Part shown: in pieces, positions 18,045-27,299 of the stretch
How the letters are laid out: the number at the start of each line of letters is the position of its first letter
How positions within the stretch are numbered: position 1 is the stretch's first letter
Assembly (NCBI RefSeq): GCF_001899205.1
Contig: NZ_MKVL01000010.1
Coordinates: 117,166-181,165 of the forward strand
Reading direction: 5' to 3'
DNA: 64,000 nt
Origin: Mesorhizobium sp. 65-26
Lineage (GTDB): Bacteria > Pseudomonadota > Alphaproteobacteria > Rhizobiales > Rhizobiaceae
The notes under the pieces: generated by a model
Databases searched by the model: none
The model's input: only the letters and a program-made list of their open reading frames with translations
What the model was told of the DNA's origin: nothing
Made by a program: the position numbers and the translations under genes

Positions 18045-19163
18045 ATGACCAGCGCGCTGTTTTCGCCAATCTCGCTTCGCGGCCTGACCCTGCCGAACCG
18101 CATCGTCGTGTCGCCGATGTGTCAGTACAATTCGGTCGATGGCTCCGCCACCGACTGGCACATATTGCAGCTCGGCCAGTTCTCGCTCGGCGGCTCTGGC
18201 GGGCTGGTGATGACGGAAGCCACCAATGTCAGCATGGCCGGACGCATCACGCCGAAATGCGCCACGCTCTGCAATGACGACAACGAGCGGGCGCTGAAGC
18301 GCGTCATCGACTTCTGCCGCCAGTACGGCGTCGCGGCGCATGGCATCCAGCTCGGCCATGCCGGGCGCAAGGGGTCGACCCTGCCGCCGGCGCTCGGCGG
18401 CAAGCCGCTGACGGCGGAGCAGGGCGCCTGGGAGACGCTGGCGCCCTCGGCGCTCGCCTTCGACGAAGGCTGGCACGTGCCGCGGGCCATGAGCACGGCC
18501 GACATCGCCACCTTCAAGAACGATTTCGTCGCCTCGGTACGGCGTGCCGAGCGTATCGGCTACGACCTCGTCGAACTGCATGCCGGCCACGGCTATCTCA
18601 TGCACCAGTTCCTGTCGCCGCTGTCGAACCGGCGCACCGATGCCTATGGCGGCAGCCTGGAAAACCGCATGCGCCTGGTGCTGGAGACCTTCGAGGCGGC
18701 GCGCGCCGCGTGGCCGGCGGAAAAGCCCATGGGCGTGCGCGTGTCGGCCACCGACTGGGTGGAGGGCGGCTGGACGCTGCAGGACACGATCGAGCTTGCC
18801 AGGGCGCTGAAAGCGCTGGGCTGCGACTATGTCGACGCTTCGAGCGGCGCCCTCGACCCGCGCCAGAAGATCGAGCTCGGCGCGGGCTATCAGGTTCCCT
18901 TCGCCGAGGCGGTGCGCCGCGAAGCCGGTATTCCCACCATGGCCATCGGCCTGATTACCGGCGTGCGACAGGCCGAGGACATCATCGCCGGCGGCAAGGC
19001 CGACTTCATCTGCATGGCGCGCGGCGCCATGTGGGATCCTCGCTGGGCCTGGCACGCGGCCGAGGAACTGGGCGCCGAGGCGCCCTATGCGCCGCGCGCC
19101 ATGCCGGCCCACCCCAGCATGCGGCCGTTCGTGTTTCCCAACCGCAGGAAGTCGGCGGCCTGA
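18045..19163 (+). CDS. NADH:flavin oxidoreductase (old yellow enzyme family)
   Basis: LPNRIVVSPMCQY, IQLGHAGRK, ELHAGHGYLMHQFLSPLSNRRTDAYGGSLENR. Confidence 0.95.
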   Translation: MTSALFSPISLRGLTLPNRIVVSPMCQYNSVDGSATDWHILQLGQFSLGGSGGLVMTEATNVSMAGRITPKCATLCNDDNERALKRVIDFCRQYGVAAHGIQLGHAGRKGSTLPPALGGKPLTAEQGAWETLAPSALAFDEGWHVPRAMSTADIATFKNDFVASVRRAERIGYDLVELHAGHGYLMHQFLSPLSNRRTDAYGGSLENRMRLVLETFEAARAAWPAEKPMGVRVSATDWVEGGWTLQDTIELARALKALGCDYVDASSGALDPRQKIELGAGYQVPFAEAVRREAGIPTMAIGLITGVRQAEDIIAGGKADFICMARGAMWDPRWAWHAAEELGAEAPYAPRAMPAHPSMRPFVFPNRRKSAA

Positions 19164-19204
19164 ACGGGCGGGTCGTGGAACAAGACAAGCTCAGACGCGG
19201 TGCC

Positions 19205-20731
19205 TCACCGGACGGGAAGGGCGTAAAGGTCCTTGTAGGTTTCGCGCAGCACGTTCTTCTGCACCTTGCCCATCGTGTTGCGCGGCAGCTCGTCGACGAA
19301 GATCACGCGCTTCGGGTGCTTGTACCTGGCCATGCGCGGCGCAATCGCCGCCAGTATGTCCTCGGCGGTGATCGAGGCGCCCGGCGAGCGGACCACGACC
19401 GCGGTGACGCCCTCGCCGAAATCGGGATGGGCGACGCCGATGATCGCGCTTTCGAAGACGCCGGGCAGCGCGTCGATCTCGCTTTCCAGCTCCTTCGGAT
19501 AGATGTTGTAGCCGCCCGAAATGATCAGGTCCTTGCCGCGCCCGACGATGTGGACGTAGCCGTCGGGATCGACCAGGCCGAGGTCGCCGGTGATGAAGAA
19601 GCCGTCGTCGCGGAACTCCGCCTTGGTCTTCTCCGGCATGCGCCAGTAGCCGGCGAAGACGTTGGGGCCCTTGACCTCGATCATGCCGACCTCGCCCGCC
19701 GGCAGCACACCGCCGCCGCCTTCGGGATCGGCTATGCGCAGCGCGACGCCGGGAAGCGGGAAGCCCACCGTGCCGGCGCGGCGCTCGCCGTCGTAGGGAT
19801 TGGACGTGTTCATGTTGGTCTCGGTCATGCCGTAGCGCTCGAGGATGGCGTGGCCGGTGCGCTCGCGCCATGCCCGGTGCGTCTCGGCAAGCAGCGGCGC
19901 CGAACCGGAGACGAACAGGCGGATGTTGCGCGCCGCCTCGCGGTCGAGCCCGGACTGCTGCAGCAGTCTGACGTAGAAGGTCGGCACGCCCATCAGCGAG
20001 GTGGCCTGCGGAAGCAGGGAGACGATGCGGGCGGGATCGAATTTCGTCTCGAACAGCATGGAGGCGCCCGCCATCAGGATGACGTTGGTGGCGACGAAGA
20101 GGCCGTGCGTGTGGAAGATCGGCAGCGCGTGGATCAGCACGTCCCCGGCGCTGAAGCGCCATTCGTCGACCAGGACCCTGGCGTTGGAGGCCAGGTTCTC
20201 GTGGGTCAGCATGGCGCCCTTGGAGCGACCCGTCGTGCCGGAGGTGTAGAGGATCGCGGCGAGGTCGTCCGGACGGCGCGCGATGGTGTCGAAATCCCCG
20301 GGTTGGCCCGAGGCAAGCTCCATCAAGGACCCTTCTCCGGCGCGCCCGAGCGTCGCGGTGTCGGCGCCCGACTTTGCAGCCAGGGTTGCGATGTCGACGG
20401 CGCGCGCGGGATCGCACACGACGAGGCGCGGCTCGGCGTCGCCGAAGAAATAGCCGAGCTCGGCCAGCGTGTAGGCCGTGTTGAGCGGCAGGAAGACGGC
20501 TCCGGCGCGCACGCAGGCGAGGTAGAGCATGAGCGCTTCCGGGCTTTTCTCGACCTGCACCGCGACGCGGTCACCCGGCCGAACGTTGAGCCGCGTCAGC
20601 GCGTGCGCCAGTTGCGCCGAACGCGTCAGCATGTCGCCATAGCTCAGCGCGCGGCCATCGTCGGTGCGCATCAGCGGCCGCTCCGGAGCCGGCATGCGGG
20701 CGCGGAAGGCATCGAACAGATGATTGGTCAT
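19205..20731 (-). CDS. matB: Malonyl-CoA synthetase
   Basis: AMP-binding YTSGTTGRSKG, ERYGMTET, NTMGKVQKN; MTNHLFDA N-terminus typical of rhizobial MatB; adjacent to malonyl-CoA decarboxylase. Confidence 0.92.
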   Translation of the reverse strand: MTNHLFDAFRARMPAPERPLMRTDDGRALSYGDMLTRSAQLAHALTRLNVRPGDRVAVQVEKSPEALMLYLACVRAGAVFLPLNTAYTLAELGYFFGDAEPRLVVCDPARAVDIATLAAKSGADTATLGRAGEGSLMELASGQPGDFDTIARRPDDLAAILYTSGTTGRSKGAMLTHENLASNARVLVDEWRFSAGDVLIHALPIFHTHGLFVATNVILMAGASMLFETKFDPARIVSLLPQATSLMGVPTFYVRLLQQSGLDREAARNIRLFVSGSAPLLAETHRAWRERTGHAILERYGMTETNMNTSNPYDGERRAGTVGFPLPGVALRIADPEGGGGVLPAGEVGMIEVKGPNVFAGYWRMPEKTKAEFRDDGFFITGDLGLVDPDGYVHIVGRGKDLIISGGYNIYPKELESEIDALPGVFESAIIGVAHPDFGEGVTAVVVRSPGASITAEDILAAIAPRMARYKHPKRVIFVDELPRNTMGKVQKNVLRETYKDLYALPVR

Positions 20732-20752
20732 GGTGTCGTCCCGGTCAGTATG

Positions 20753-22090
20753 TCAGGCGGAGCGCGCTGGCGCTGCTCGCGATGCGCGCGCCAGCCGGGT
20801 GACGGCGGGCGCCGCGGCCACGGCGTTGCCGGCGGCGAACAATTCGTGGTTCTTCTCGATGTCGTCAAGCAGGTAGCGGTAGTTGACCATAAGGCCATGC
20901 GCCTGGCGCAGCGCGCGCGGCGAGAGGTCGCCGAGCGCGTTGATGCGCTCGAGCCGCGCGCCGTTGCCGAGGTGGAAGCGGGCGACGGGGTCGATCACCG
21001 CGCCCGAAGCCGTGCGGGCCTCGACCAGGTAGCGCGCGGCGAGCGGAGGCAGCAGGCGGGTGGCCTGGCGGCGCGTCGTCTCGTCCTCCTGCCAGCTATC
21101 GCCGGCGACGAGCCGCAGCGCCTCGTCGGCCGCCGGGTCGCCCTGCTGCCCGGCCAGCCAGCGCGCGAAGCCCGGGAGTGGCGAGAGGGTGACGAAATCG
21201 GTGAGGCCGGGAAGGTCGCGGCGCAGGTCCTCGACCACCTGCTTGATCAGGAAGTTGCCGAAGGAGATGCCGCGCAGGCCCTCCTGGCAGTTCGAGATGG
21301 AATAGAACACGGCCGTCGTCGCCTCGCGCGGGTCGAGCAGCGGCCGTCCATCGGCGAGCAACTCGCCGATCGTCGCCGGCATGGCGCGGGTGAGGGCGAT
21401 CTCGACGAAGATCAGTGGCTCGTCTTCCAGCCTCGGATGGAAGAAGGCGTAGCAGAGCCGATCGCGCGGCTCGAGCCTGCGGCGCAGGTCATCCCAGCCG
21501 TTTATGGCGTGCACGGCCTCGTAGCGAATGATCTTCTCCAGGATGCTGGCCGGTGTCGACCAGTCGATGCGGCGCAGCAACAGGAAGCCCCGGTTGAACC
21601 AGGACGACAGGAGATGTCTGAGGTCGGTGTCGACAACGCCGAGGTCCGGCACGTCGGCAAGATGGCCGAGCAGTTCCTCGCGCATGCGCACCAGCGTCGC
21701 CATGCCGCCGGGCGCGAGGTTCAAACGGCGCAGGAGCTCCTGCCGGGCGGGCTCCGCCGCCGCGTGCAGTGTAAGTGCTGCGCCTTCCCCGGGCTGGGCG
21801 CGGTAAGCCTCGACGGCCACCGCCAGCCGCGCGTGGTCGACGCCGAAGCTGTCGCGCAGCATATGCAGGAACCCCAGTCGAGCGCTGGCATCCAGTCCTT
21901 CCCAACGCTCCAGGATCTCGCGGGCGCGGGCAACACCCGATGCCTCGCCCTTGCCGCTCAACAGGCTGGCGCAGAGCCGCCGCATCGCCTCTGGCGAAAT
22001 GGGGCCGGCAGGGCGGGGCAGGCCTATCGCCTGGCGGCCGCGATCGGCGATCGCGCCCAGCAGCTCGGAAAGGAAAAGACCGCGGTTCAT
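20753..22090 (-). CDS. matA: Malonyl-CoA decarboxylase
   Basis: SWFNRGFL, EKIIRYEAVH, FYSISNCQEGLRGISFGNFLIKQVV, DPVARFHLGNGA, GLMVNYRY. Confidence 0.95.
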   Translation of the reverse strand: MNRGLFLSELLGAIADRGRQAIGLPRPAGPISPEAMRRLCASLLSGKGEASGVARAREILERWEGLDASARLGFLHMLRDSFGVDHARLAVAVEAYRAQPGEGAALTLHAAAEPARQELLRRLNLAPGGMATLVRMREELLGHLADVPDLGVVDTDLRHLLSSWFNRGFLLLRRIDWSTPASILEKIIRYEAVHAINGWDDLRRRLEPRDRLCYAFFHPRLEDEPLIFVEIALTRAMPATIGELLADGRPLLDPREATTAVFYSISNCQEGLRGISFGNFLIKQVVEDLRRDLPGLTDFVTLSPLPGFARWLAGQQGDPAADEALRLVAGDSWQEDETTRRQATRLLPPLAARYLVEARTASGAVIDPVARFHLGNGARLERINALGDLSPRALRQAHGLMVNYRYLLDDIEKNHELFAAGNAVAAAPAVTRLARASRAAPARSA

Positions 22091-22169
22091 GGATGCTGGC
22101 CCGAGGGTTGCGTGTGCCGGAGGGTATCGCTTCGAGGCGCGTCCGGAAAGGCATTTGCCATGCATCAAA

Positions 22170-22181
22170 AATATCGATATT
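22170..22181. promoter_or_regulatory. Perfect 12-bp palindrome AATATCGATATT in AT-rich divergent promoter region (matA / SDR)
   Basis: Seen directly in a markedly AT-rich 22155-22236 segment. Confidence 0.55.
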
Positions 22182-22236
22182 AAATTACAATATCAAATAA
22201 AATCGCTAAAATAGGTACACCGAAGGAACACGATCG

Positions 22237-23010
22237 ATGGACGTTGCAGGACAATTCTCGCTGACCGGCAAGACCGCCTTCATCACCGGTGGTGGCGGCG
22301 GGCTGGGCCGCGCCGTCGCCGAAGCCTATCTCGCCTCTGGGGCCTCGGTCGCGATCTGCGACGTCGACGCCGGCAAGGTCGAAGCGGCGGTGAGGGACCT
22401 CGCGGTGGGCGGCCAAGTCGTAGGCGCGCCTTGCGATGTCACCAGCGCGGCTGGTGTCGCCGATGCCGTCGGCAAGGCGGAAGCGGCGCTGGGTGGCGGG
22501 ATCGACATACTGGTCACGGCCGCCGGCTTTGCCAGGCGCACCGCGGCTGTCGACCTCGATCCGGAGGAGTTCGACCGGATCATGGCGATCAACGTCAAGG
22601 GCACGTTCCTGCCGGCGCAGGCGGTGGCGCGCGGCATGATCGCGCGCGGGCAGGGCGGCAAGATCATCACCATCGGCTCGGTGCGCGGCCTTGTCGGCCA
22701 TCCGCTGGGCTATGTCAGCTACGGCACCAGCAAGGGCGCCGTGCATCTCTTGACCCGGCAACTGGCGACGGAATGGGCGCCGCACCGCATCAATGTCAAC
22801 TGCATCGCGCCCTCGGTGATCAAGACACCGCTCGCCGATTTCATCCTCAAGACGCCCGAGGTGCGCGACCTTTTCATGTCGCGCATCCCGTTCAACCGCG
22901 CGGCCGAGCCGGAGGAATTCGTCGGCGCCGCCGTCTTCCTGGCGGCCAGGGCGTCCGATTTCGTGACCGGCCAGGTGCTGTTCGTCGACGGGGGCAGCAC
23001 CGCCGGCTGA
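22237..23010 (+). CDS. Short-chain dehydrogenase/reductase (gluconate-5-dehydrogenase-like)
   Basis: TGGGGGLG, YGTSK, NVNCIAP, FVDGG. Confidence 0.93.
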   Translation: MDVAGQFSLTGKTAFITGGGGGLGRAVAEAYLASGASVAICDVDAGKVEAAVRDLAVGGQVVGAPCDVTSAAGVADAVGKAEAALGGGIDILVTAAGFARRTAAVDLDPEEFDRIMAINVKGTFLPAQAVARGMIARGQGGKIITIGSVRGLVGHPLGYVSYGTSKGAVHLLTRQLATEWAPHRINVNCIAPSVIKTPLADFILKTPEVRDLFMSRIPFNRAAEPEEFVGAAVFLAARASDFVTGQVLFVDGGSTAG

Positions 23011-23034
23011 AAGACGCTCCGCCGTAAGGCAGGA

Positions 23035-23781
23035 TCAGCCGCGCCTGCGGGTTCCCTTCGCCTGCGCCGTCCCGGCAGTACCATCCTCGCCGAAACGGGC
23101 CATGCACAGCGACGTCGTCAGGCGATAGTGGTCGAGCAAAGCCGCGACGGCGCCATCGGCGTCGCCATTCATCGCGCGCTCGGCGATCAGCCGGTGTTCG
23201 GCAAGCTCGTCGCGCCTGGCGCCCTTGTTGCCGCGCGCGAACTGGCGGTAGCGATAAGCCTGGTCGGCAAGCTGGTCGCAGAAACCGATCAGCCAGCGCG
23301 ACCGGCAGGCCGAGATCAGCGCGCGATGGAAAGCGCGGTGGAGCTTCTCCCAGTCGGGATTGGTGGCCGAGGGATCCTGCGGCAGGCGGCGCGGCGCGCG
23401 CGACAGGCGATGCAGCGCCAGCACGAGCTGTTCCTCCCAGTCCGCAGTGCGGTGGGCGATGGATTCGCGCAGCGCCCGTTCTTCCAGCCAGCACCGCGTG
23501 CGGGTCAATTCCTCCAGTTCGGCGGCGCTGAGTGGCATGATGAAGAAGCCGCGCTGGTCGTGCCGGCCGAGAAGGCCTTCCGAGGCGAGCCGGTTCAGTG
23601 CCTCGCGCACAGGTGACGCGCCGGCGCCGTAGCGGGCGACCGCCCATTCCACCTTCACCTTGCTCTCGGCTTCCAGCACGCCGTGCAGCAGGTCATCGCG
23701 AAGCTGCTGGTAGACAGTGCTGGCGAGCGTGCTCTTGGGCGCCGCGCCGTCGTCATTGAGATCGCCCGTGGTATAGGTCAA
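23035..23781 (-). CDS. GntR-family regulator with FCD domain
   Basis: TTG start after GGAG; STVYQQLRDDLLHG...SPVREALNRLASEGL, FHRALISAC, EHRLI. Confidence 0.92.
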   Translation of the reverse strand: MTYTTGDLNDDGAAPKSTLASTVYQQLRDDLLHGVLEAESKVKVEWAVARYGAGASPVREALNRLASEGLLGRHDQRGFFIMPLSAAELEELTRTRCWLEERALRESIAHRTADWEEQLVLALHRLSRAPRRLPQDPSATNPDWEKLHRAFHRALISACRSRWLIGFCDQLADQAYRYRQFARGNKGARRDELAEHRLIAERAMNGDADGAVAALLDHYRLTTSLCMARFGEDGTAGTAQAKGTRRRG

Positions 23782-23951
23782 AGCGGCTCCTGCTGCCTGC
23801 GGGGCATTGGCTTCAGGTCCGTTGCCGGTCCCGGCACCGCCGCTTGCTCCCTGCCTATCCGGCCCCGCGCGAATGCGGCGCGGCTGGCCGGAACCCACGC
23901 GCACCATACAGCGTCGGCCTTCCGACCCTCAAGAGGGCAAAGGCGAAGGCG

Positions 23952-24950
23952 TCAAAGCGGAATGGTCGCTCCGTTCTGTCCGGCCGAGGCAACAATGGCC
24001 TCGAACAGCCTGATGTTGTCGAGAAGCTGGGCGTTGGTGAAGCGATAGGGCCGTTCACCGGCGACGGCCGCCGCCCAGGCCTCGAAGTTGGCGGTAACGG
24101 TGTCGGTGGGGTGGTGGGTGGTCACCGTGCGTGGCGCGTTGGTGCCGGTGCAGACTGTGACCAGCGTCGGCTTTCCCTGGTCGACATTGCCCTCGCTGGC
24201 AACCTCGACCCAGCCCTTGTCGCCGAACAGCGTGACGCGTCCGTAGTAGGGCGTGCAGGACAGGAGCGTGATGGTGCCGCGCGCGCCGGAGCCGAAGCGC
24301 AGCGACACAGTGACGAAATCGGTGGCCGGCGGCTCGAAGATCAGGCTCGACGTCTGCGCCCGCACCTCCACCGGCGTGCCGAGGAAGGCAACGCAAAGGT
24401 CCGTCTGGTGGATGCCGGTGGCGGTCATCATGCCGGCCGGCGCGTGCCTTGGATCGAGACGCCAGTTGGAGCGGTCGATGCCACGGAACAGGTCGTGGCT
24501 GATGTTGGCCTCGAACAGCAGTGGCCTGCCTAGCGTGCCGTCCTCCAGCAGCTTGCGGACCTGTTCGAAACCCGGCTCGTAGCGGCGCTCGTGGCCGATG
24601 CCCAGCACCTTGCCGGCCTGCTGGCAGGCAGCGATGATGCGTGCCGCGCCAGCCGCATCCATGGCGAGCGGCTTCTCGCAGAACAGTTCCTTGCCGGCCC
24701 CCAGCACCGACAGGCACTGCGCCTCGTGCAGTCGATGCGGCGTGGCGAGGATGACGCCCTCCACCGCCTCGTCGGCGAGGACGGCATCGAGGTCGGCGAC
24801 ATAGGCGACGCCAAGTCCGGAGAGGAAATCCAGCGCGCCCTCCAGCGGCGAGGGGTCGACCCCGTGCAGCACCTCGAAGCGGGGGCTTTTCACGAGGCAG
24901 GAAATGATCTGCTTGCCCCACCAGCCAAGGCCGGCCACCGCGACGCGCAT
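23952..24950 (-). CDS. Gfo/Idh/MocA family oxidoreductase
   Basis: AGLGWWG, ILATPHRLH, FCEKPLA, GIHQTD. Confidence 0.92.
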   Translation of the reverse strand: MRVAVAGLGWWGKQIISCLVKSPRFEVLHGVDPSPLEGALDFLSGLGVAYVADLDAVLADEAVEGVILATPHRLHEAQCLSVLGAGKELFCEKPLAMDAAGAARIIAACQQAGKVLGIGHERRYEPGFEQVRKLLEDGTLGRPLLFEANISHDLFRGIDRSNWRLDPRHAPAGMMTATGIHQTDLCVAFLGTPVEVRAQTSSLIFEPPATDFVTVSLRFGSGARGTITLLSCTPYYGRVTLFGDKGWVEVASEGNVDQGKPTLVTVCTGTNAPRTVTTHHPTDTVTANFEAWAAAVAGERPYRFTNAQLLDNIRLFEAIVASAGQNGATIPL

Positions 24951-24952
24951 TC

Positions 24953-25240
24953 TCAACCCTGCCGCTTCTGGAAGGCGGTGATGGCGATCGACCCCCAGAC
25001 GCCGCCCGTGAGGTAGGGGTCAGCGCCGGTGAAGGCCTCGACCGCCGACCGGCCCTCGGCCTCGACGATCAGCAGGCTGCCCTTCATCGTCGTGCCGTCG
25101 TCCTCGACCAGCGGCCCAGCGGTAACGATGCGCACGCCATAATCCGCCGCCGTCGCCAGATGCGCGGTGTGGGCGGGCTGGTTCAGGCGCCGCCGTTCCG
25201 GACCGTCGGTCCCGTCGAGGGCATGGATGGCAAAGAGCAT
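24953..25240 (-). CDS. YciI family protein
   Basis: MLFAIHALD...AHTAHL...TAGPLVEDDGTTMKGSLLIVEA...DPYLTGGVW. Confidence 0.9.
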   Translation of the reverse strand: MLFAIHALDGTDGPERRRLNQPAHTAHLATAADYGVRIVTAGPLVEDDGTTMKGSLLIVEAEGRSAVEAFTGADPYLTGGVWGSIAITAFQKRQG

Positions 25241-25346
25241 CTGCGTTCCTCCGCTGCCGCGCGTCGAGCGGCCGGCCCGAAGCATAGGCGGGTCCATGCT
25301 TCCGGCCGGCTCCATCTTTCTCATTCCGGGAATCTCTGGTCTCTAT

Positions 25347-25391
25347 GAAAATCGATAATTTATTGACATGCCGTAAATCAACGATTTTAAC
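25347..25391. promoter_or_regulatory. AT-rich divergent promoter (YciI / FAH) with TTGACA -35 and AAATC-N3-GATTT inverted repeat
   Basis: TTGACA 25363-25368; AAATC 25375-25379 / GATTT 25383-25387; ATCGATA at 25351. Confidence 0.5.
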
Positions 25392-25418
25392 AAAAGCGTT
25401 GCCGGCAGGAGGATTTGC

Positions 25419-26306
25419 ATGCGCTTCGCGGTCTGCATGGAAGAAGGCGAGCGGCGTCTGGGCGTGGTGCGTGGCGATCGGGTCGCGACGCTCGGCTCGC
25501 CGAGCCCGGATCTGCTGGAAGTCATCGGCTGGGGCAGGGACGGGCTGGAGGCCATCTCCAAGCAGGCGGACGTGCTGCCGGCCGGCGCCTGGCGGCCGCT
25601 TTCCACAGTTCGGCTGGCGTTGCCCTTCCAACCTGCCGGGAAAGTCATCTGCCTCGGCCTGAACTATCGCGCGCATGCCAGGGAAGGCGGCTATGAAGTG
25701 CCGGACTATCCCGCGCTGTTCCTGCGCGTGGCGACGTCGCTGCTGCCGGCCGGCGAGGCGATCGTGGCGCCGCTCGTCTCGGAGAAGCTCGACTTCGAGG
25801 CCGAGTTGATGGTGATCATCGGGCGTGGCGGCCGGCACATTCCGGAGGCTCAGGCGCTCGACCATGTCTTCGGCTATACCTGCTTCAACGATGCCTCCAT
25901 CCGCGACTTCCAGCGCAAGACGCACCAATGGACGCCGGGGAAGAACTTCGATCGGACCGGCGCCATCGGGCCGGTTGTGGTTACGGCGGACGAACTGCCG
26001 GCGGGCGCCGCGGGCCTGCGCATCGCCTGCCGGCTCAACGGCGCGACCGTACAGGACGCCAGCACCGCCGACATGCTGGTGCCGGTGGCGATGGCGGTGT
26101 CGCTGGTCTCCGAATTCATGACGCTGGAACCCGGCGACATGATCGCCATGGGCACGCCGCAAGGGGTGGGGCATGCGCGAACGCCGCCACTGTGGATGCG
26201 CCCTGGTGATACGGTGGAAGTCGAGATCGAAGGCATCGGCATATTGCGCAATGGCGTGGTGGCCGAAGGCGAGGAAGCCCCGCTTCAGGGCGCCGCGGGG
26301 AAATAA
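25419..26306 (+). CDS. Fumarylacetoacetate hydrolase (FAH) family protein
   Basis: KVICLGLNY, LDFEAEL, NDASIRD, WTPGKNFD, PGDMIAMGTP. Confidence 0.95.
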   Translation: MRFAVCMEEGERRLGVVRGDRVATLGSPSPDLLEVIGWGRDGLEAISKQADVLPAGAWRPLSTVRLALPFQPAGKVICLGLNYRAHAREGGYEVPDYPALFLRVATSLLPAGEAIVAPLVSEKLDFEAELMVIIGRGGRHIPEAQALDHVFGYTCFNDASIRDFQRKTHQWTPGKNFDRTGAIGPVVVTADELPAGAAGLRIACRLNGATVQDASTADMLVPVAMAVSLVSEFMTLEPGDMIAMGTPQGVGHARTPPLWMRPGDTVEVEIEGIGILRNGVVAEGEEAPLQGAAGK

Positions 26307-26400
26307 CGTGTAGTCTTCCCGCATCGGAACTTCTGAGCGGAAAGGACCTGGTCGCCCGATTGCCTCAATGCGCTGAGCCAGGCCGGAAAGGACAAGCGGC

Positions 26401-27255
26401 ATGCGTGACATCACCGCCGATACCATCACACAGGCTGTCGAGCGCGCCTGGGGCAAGGCGCCTGATCCGCGCCTGCGGCACCTGCTGCAGCGGCTTACCC
26501 ACCACGTCCACGCCTTTGCGCGCGAGGTCGGGCTGACGCATGAGGAGTGGCTGGCGACCATCGAATTCCTCTGGCGGGCGGGGCGCATCAGCGACGACAA
26601 GCGCAATGAGTTCGCGCTGTTGTCCGACGTGATGGGCATCACCTCGCTGGTCGATCTTCTCAACGCCGCGCCGGGCGCCACCATCGGCAGCGTGCTAGGC
26701 CCGTTCTATTCCGACGACAGCCCAACGGTGCCGTTCGGCGCCGACCTTGCCGGTGACAATCCCGGCACGGTGGTGCTGGTGACCGGCGTGGTGCGCGACA
26801 CCGCCGGCAAGCCGCTGCCCGGCGCCGTCGTCGATATGTGGCAGACCGACGCCAAGGGCGCCTATGCAACGCAAGACGCCGCCCAGGACGACGACAATCT
26901 GCGCTGCAAGCAGGTCTGCGACGGGCAGGGGCGCTACGCATTCACCACGGTCGAGCCGGCACCCTACACAATTCCGATGGACGGACCGGTCGGCGCGCTG
27001 ATCAACACGGTCGGTCGCACGCCGTGGCGGCCGTCACATTTCCACTTCATCGTGCGGGCGCAGCATCACCGGCCGATCGTGACCGAGATCTTCTTCGAGC
27101 ACGACCATCATGTGGACAGCGATGCCGTCTTCGGCGTGCGGGAGGCGCTGGTGCGGCGGCTGGAGCAGGCGGAGGCCGTCGCGCCGCCCGGCGTCGCGCG
27201 ACGGCCGGAGCGGCGGCTCGATTTCGATTTCACGCTGGTTCCGCTGCCGGACTGA
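26401..27255 (+). CDS. Intradiol ring-cleavage dioxygenase (hydroxyquinol/catechol 1,2-dioxygenase-like)
   Basis: RNEFALLSDVMG, GSVLGPFY, WQTDAKGAY (Tyr), PAPYTIPMDGPVG (Tyr), RPSHFHF (His-x-His), DSDAVFGV. Confidence 0.93.
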   Translation: MRDITADTITQAVERAWGKAPDPRLRHLLQRLTHHVHAFAREVGLTHEEWLATIEFLWRAGRISDDKRNEFALLSDVMGITSLVDLLNAAPGATIGSVLGPFYSDDSPTVPFGADLAGDNPGTVVLVTGVVRDTAGKPLPGAVVDMWQTDAKGAYATQDAAQDDDNLRCKQVCDGQGRYAFTTVEPAPYTIPMDGPVGALINTVGRTPWRPSHFHFIVRAQHHRPIVTEIFFEHDHHVDSDAVFGVREALVRRLEQAEAVAPPGVARRPERRLDFDFTLVPLPD

Positions 27256-27299
27256 GCAGCACCTCGACCGACAGCACAACAATCGCGCAGGACTTTGCC

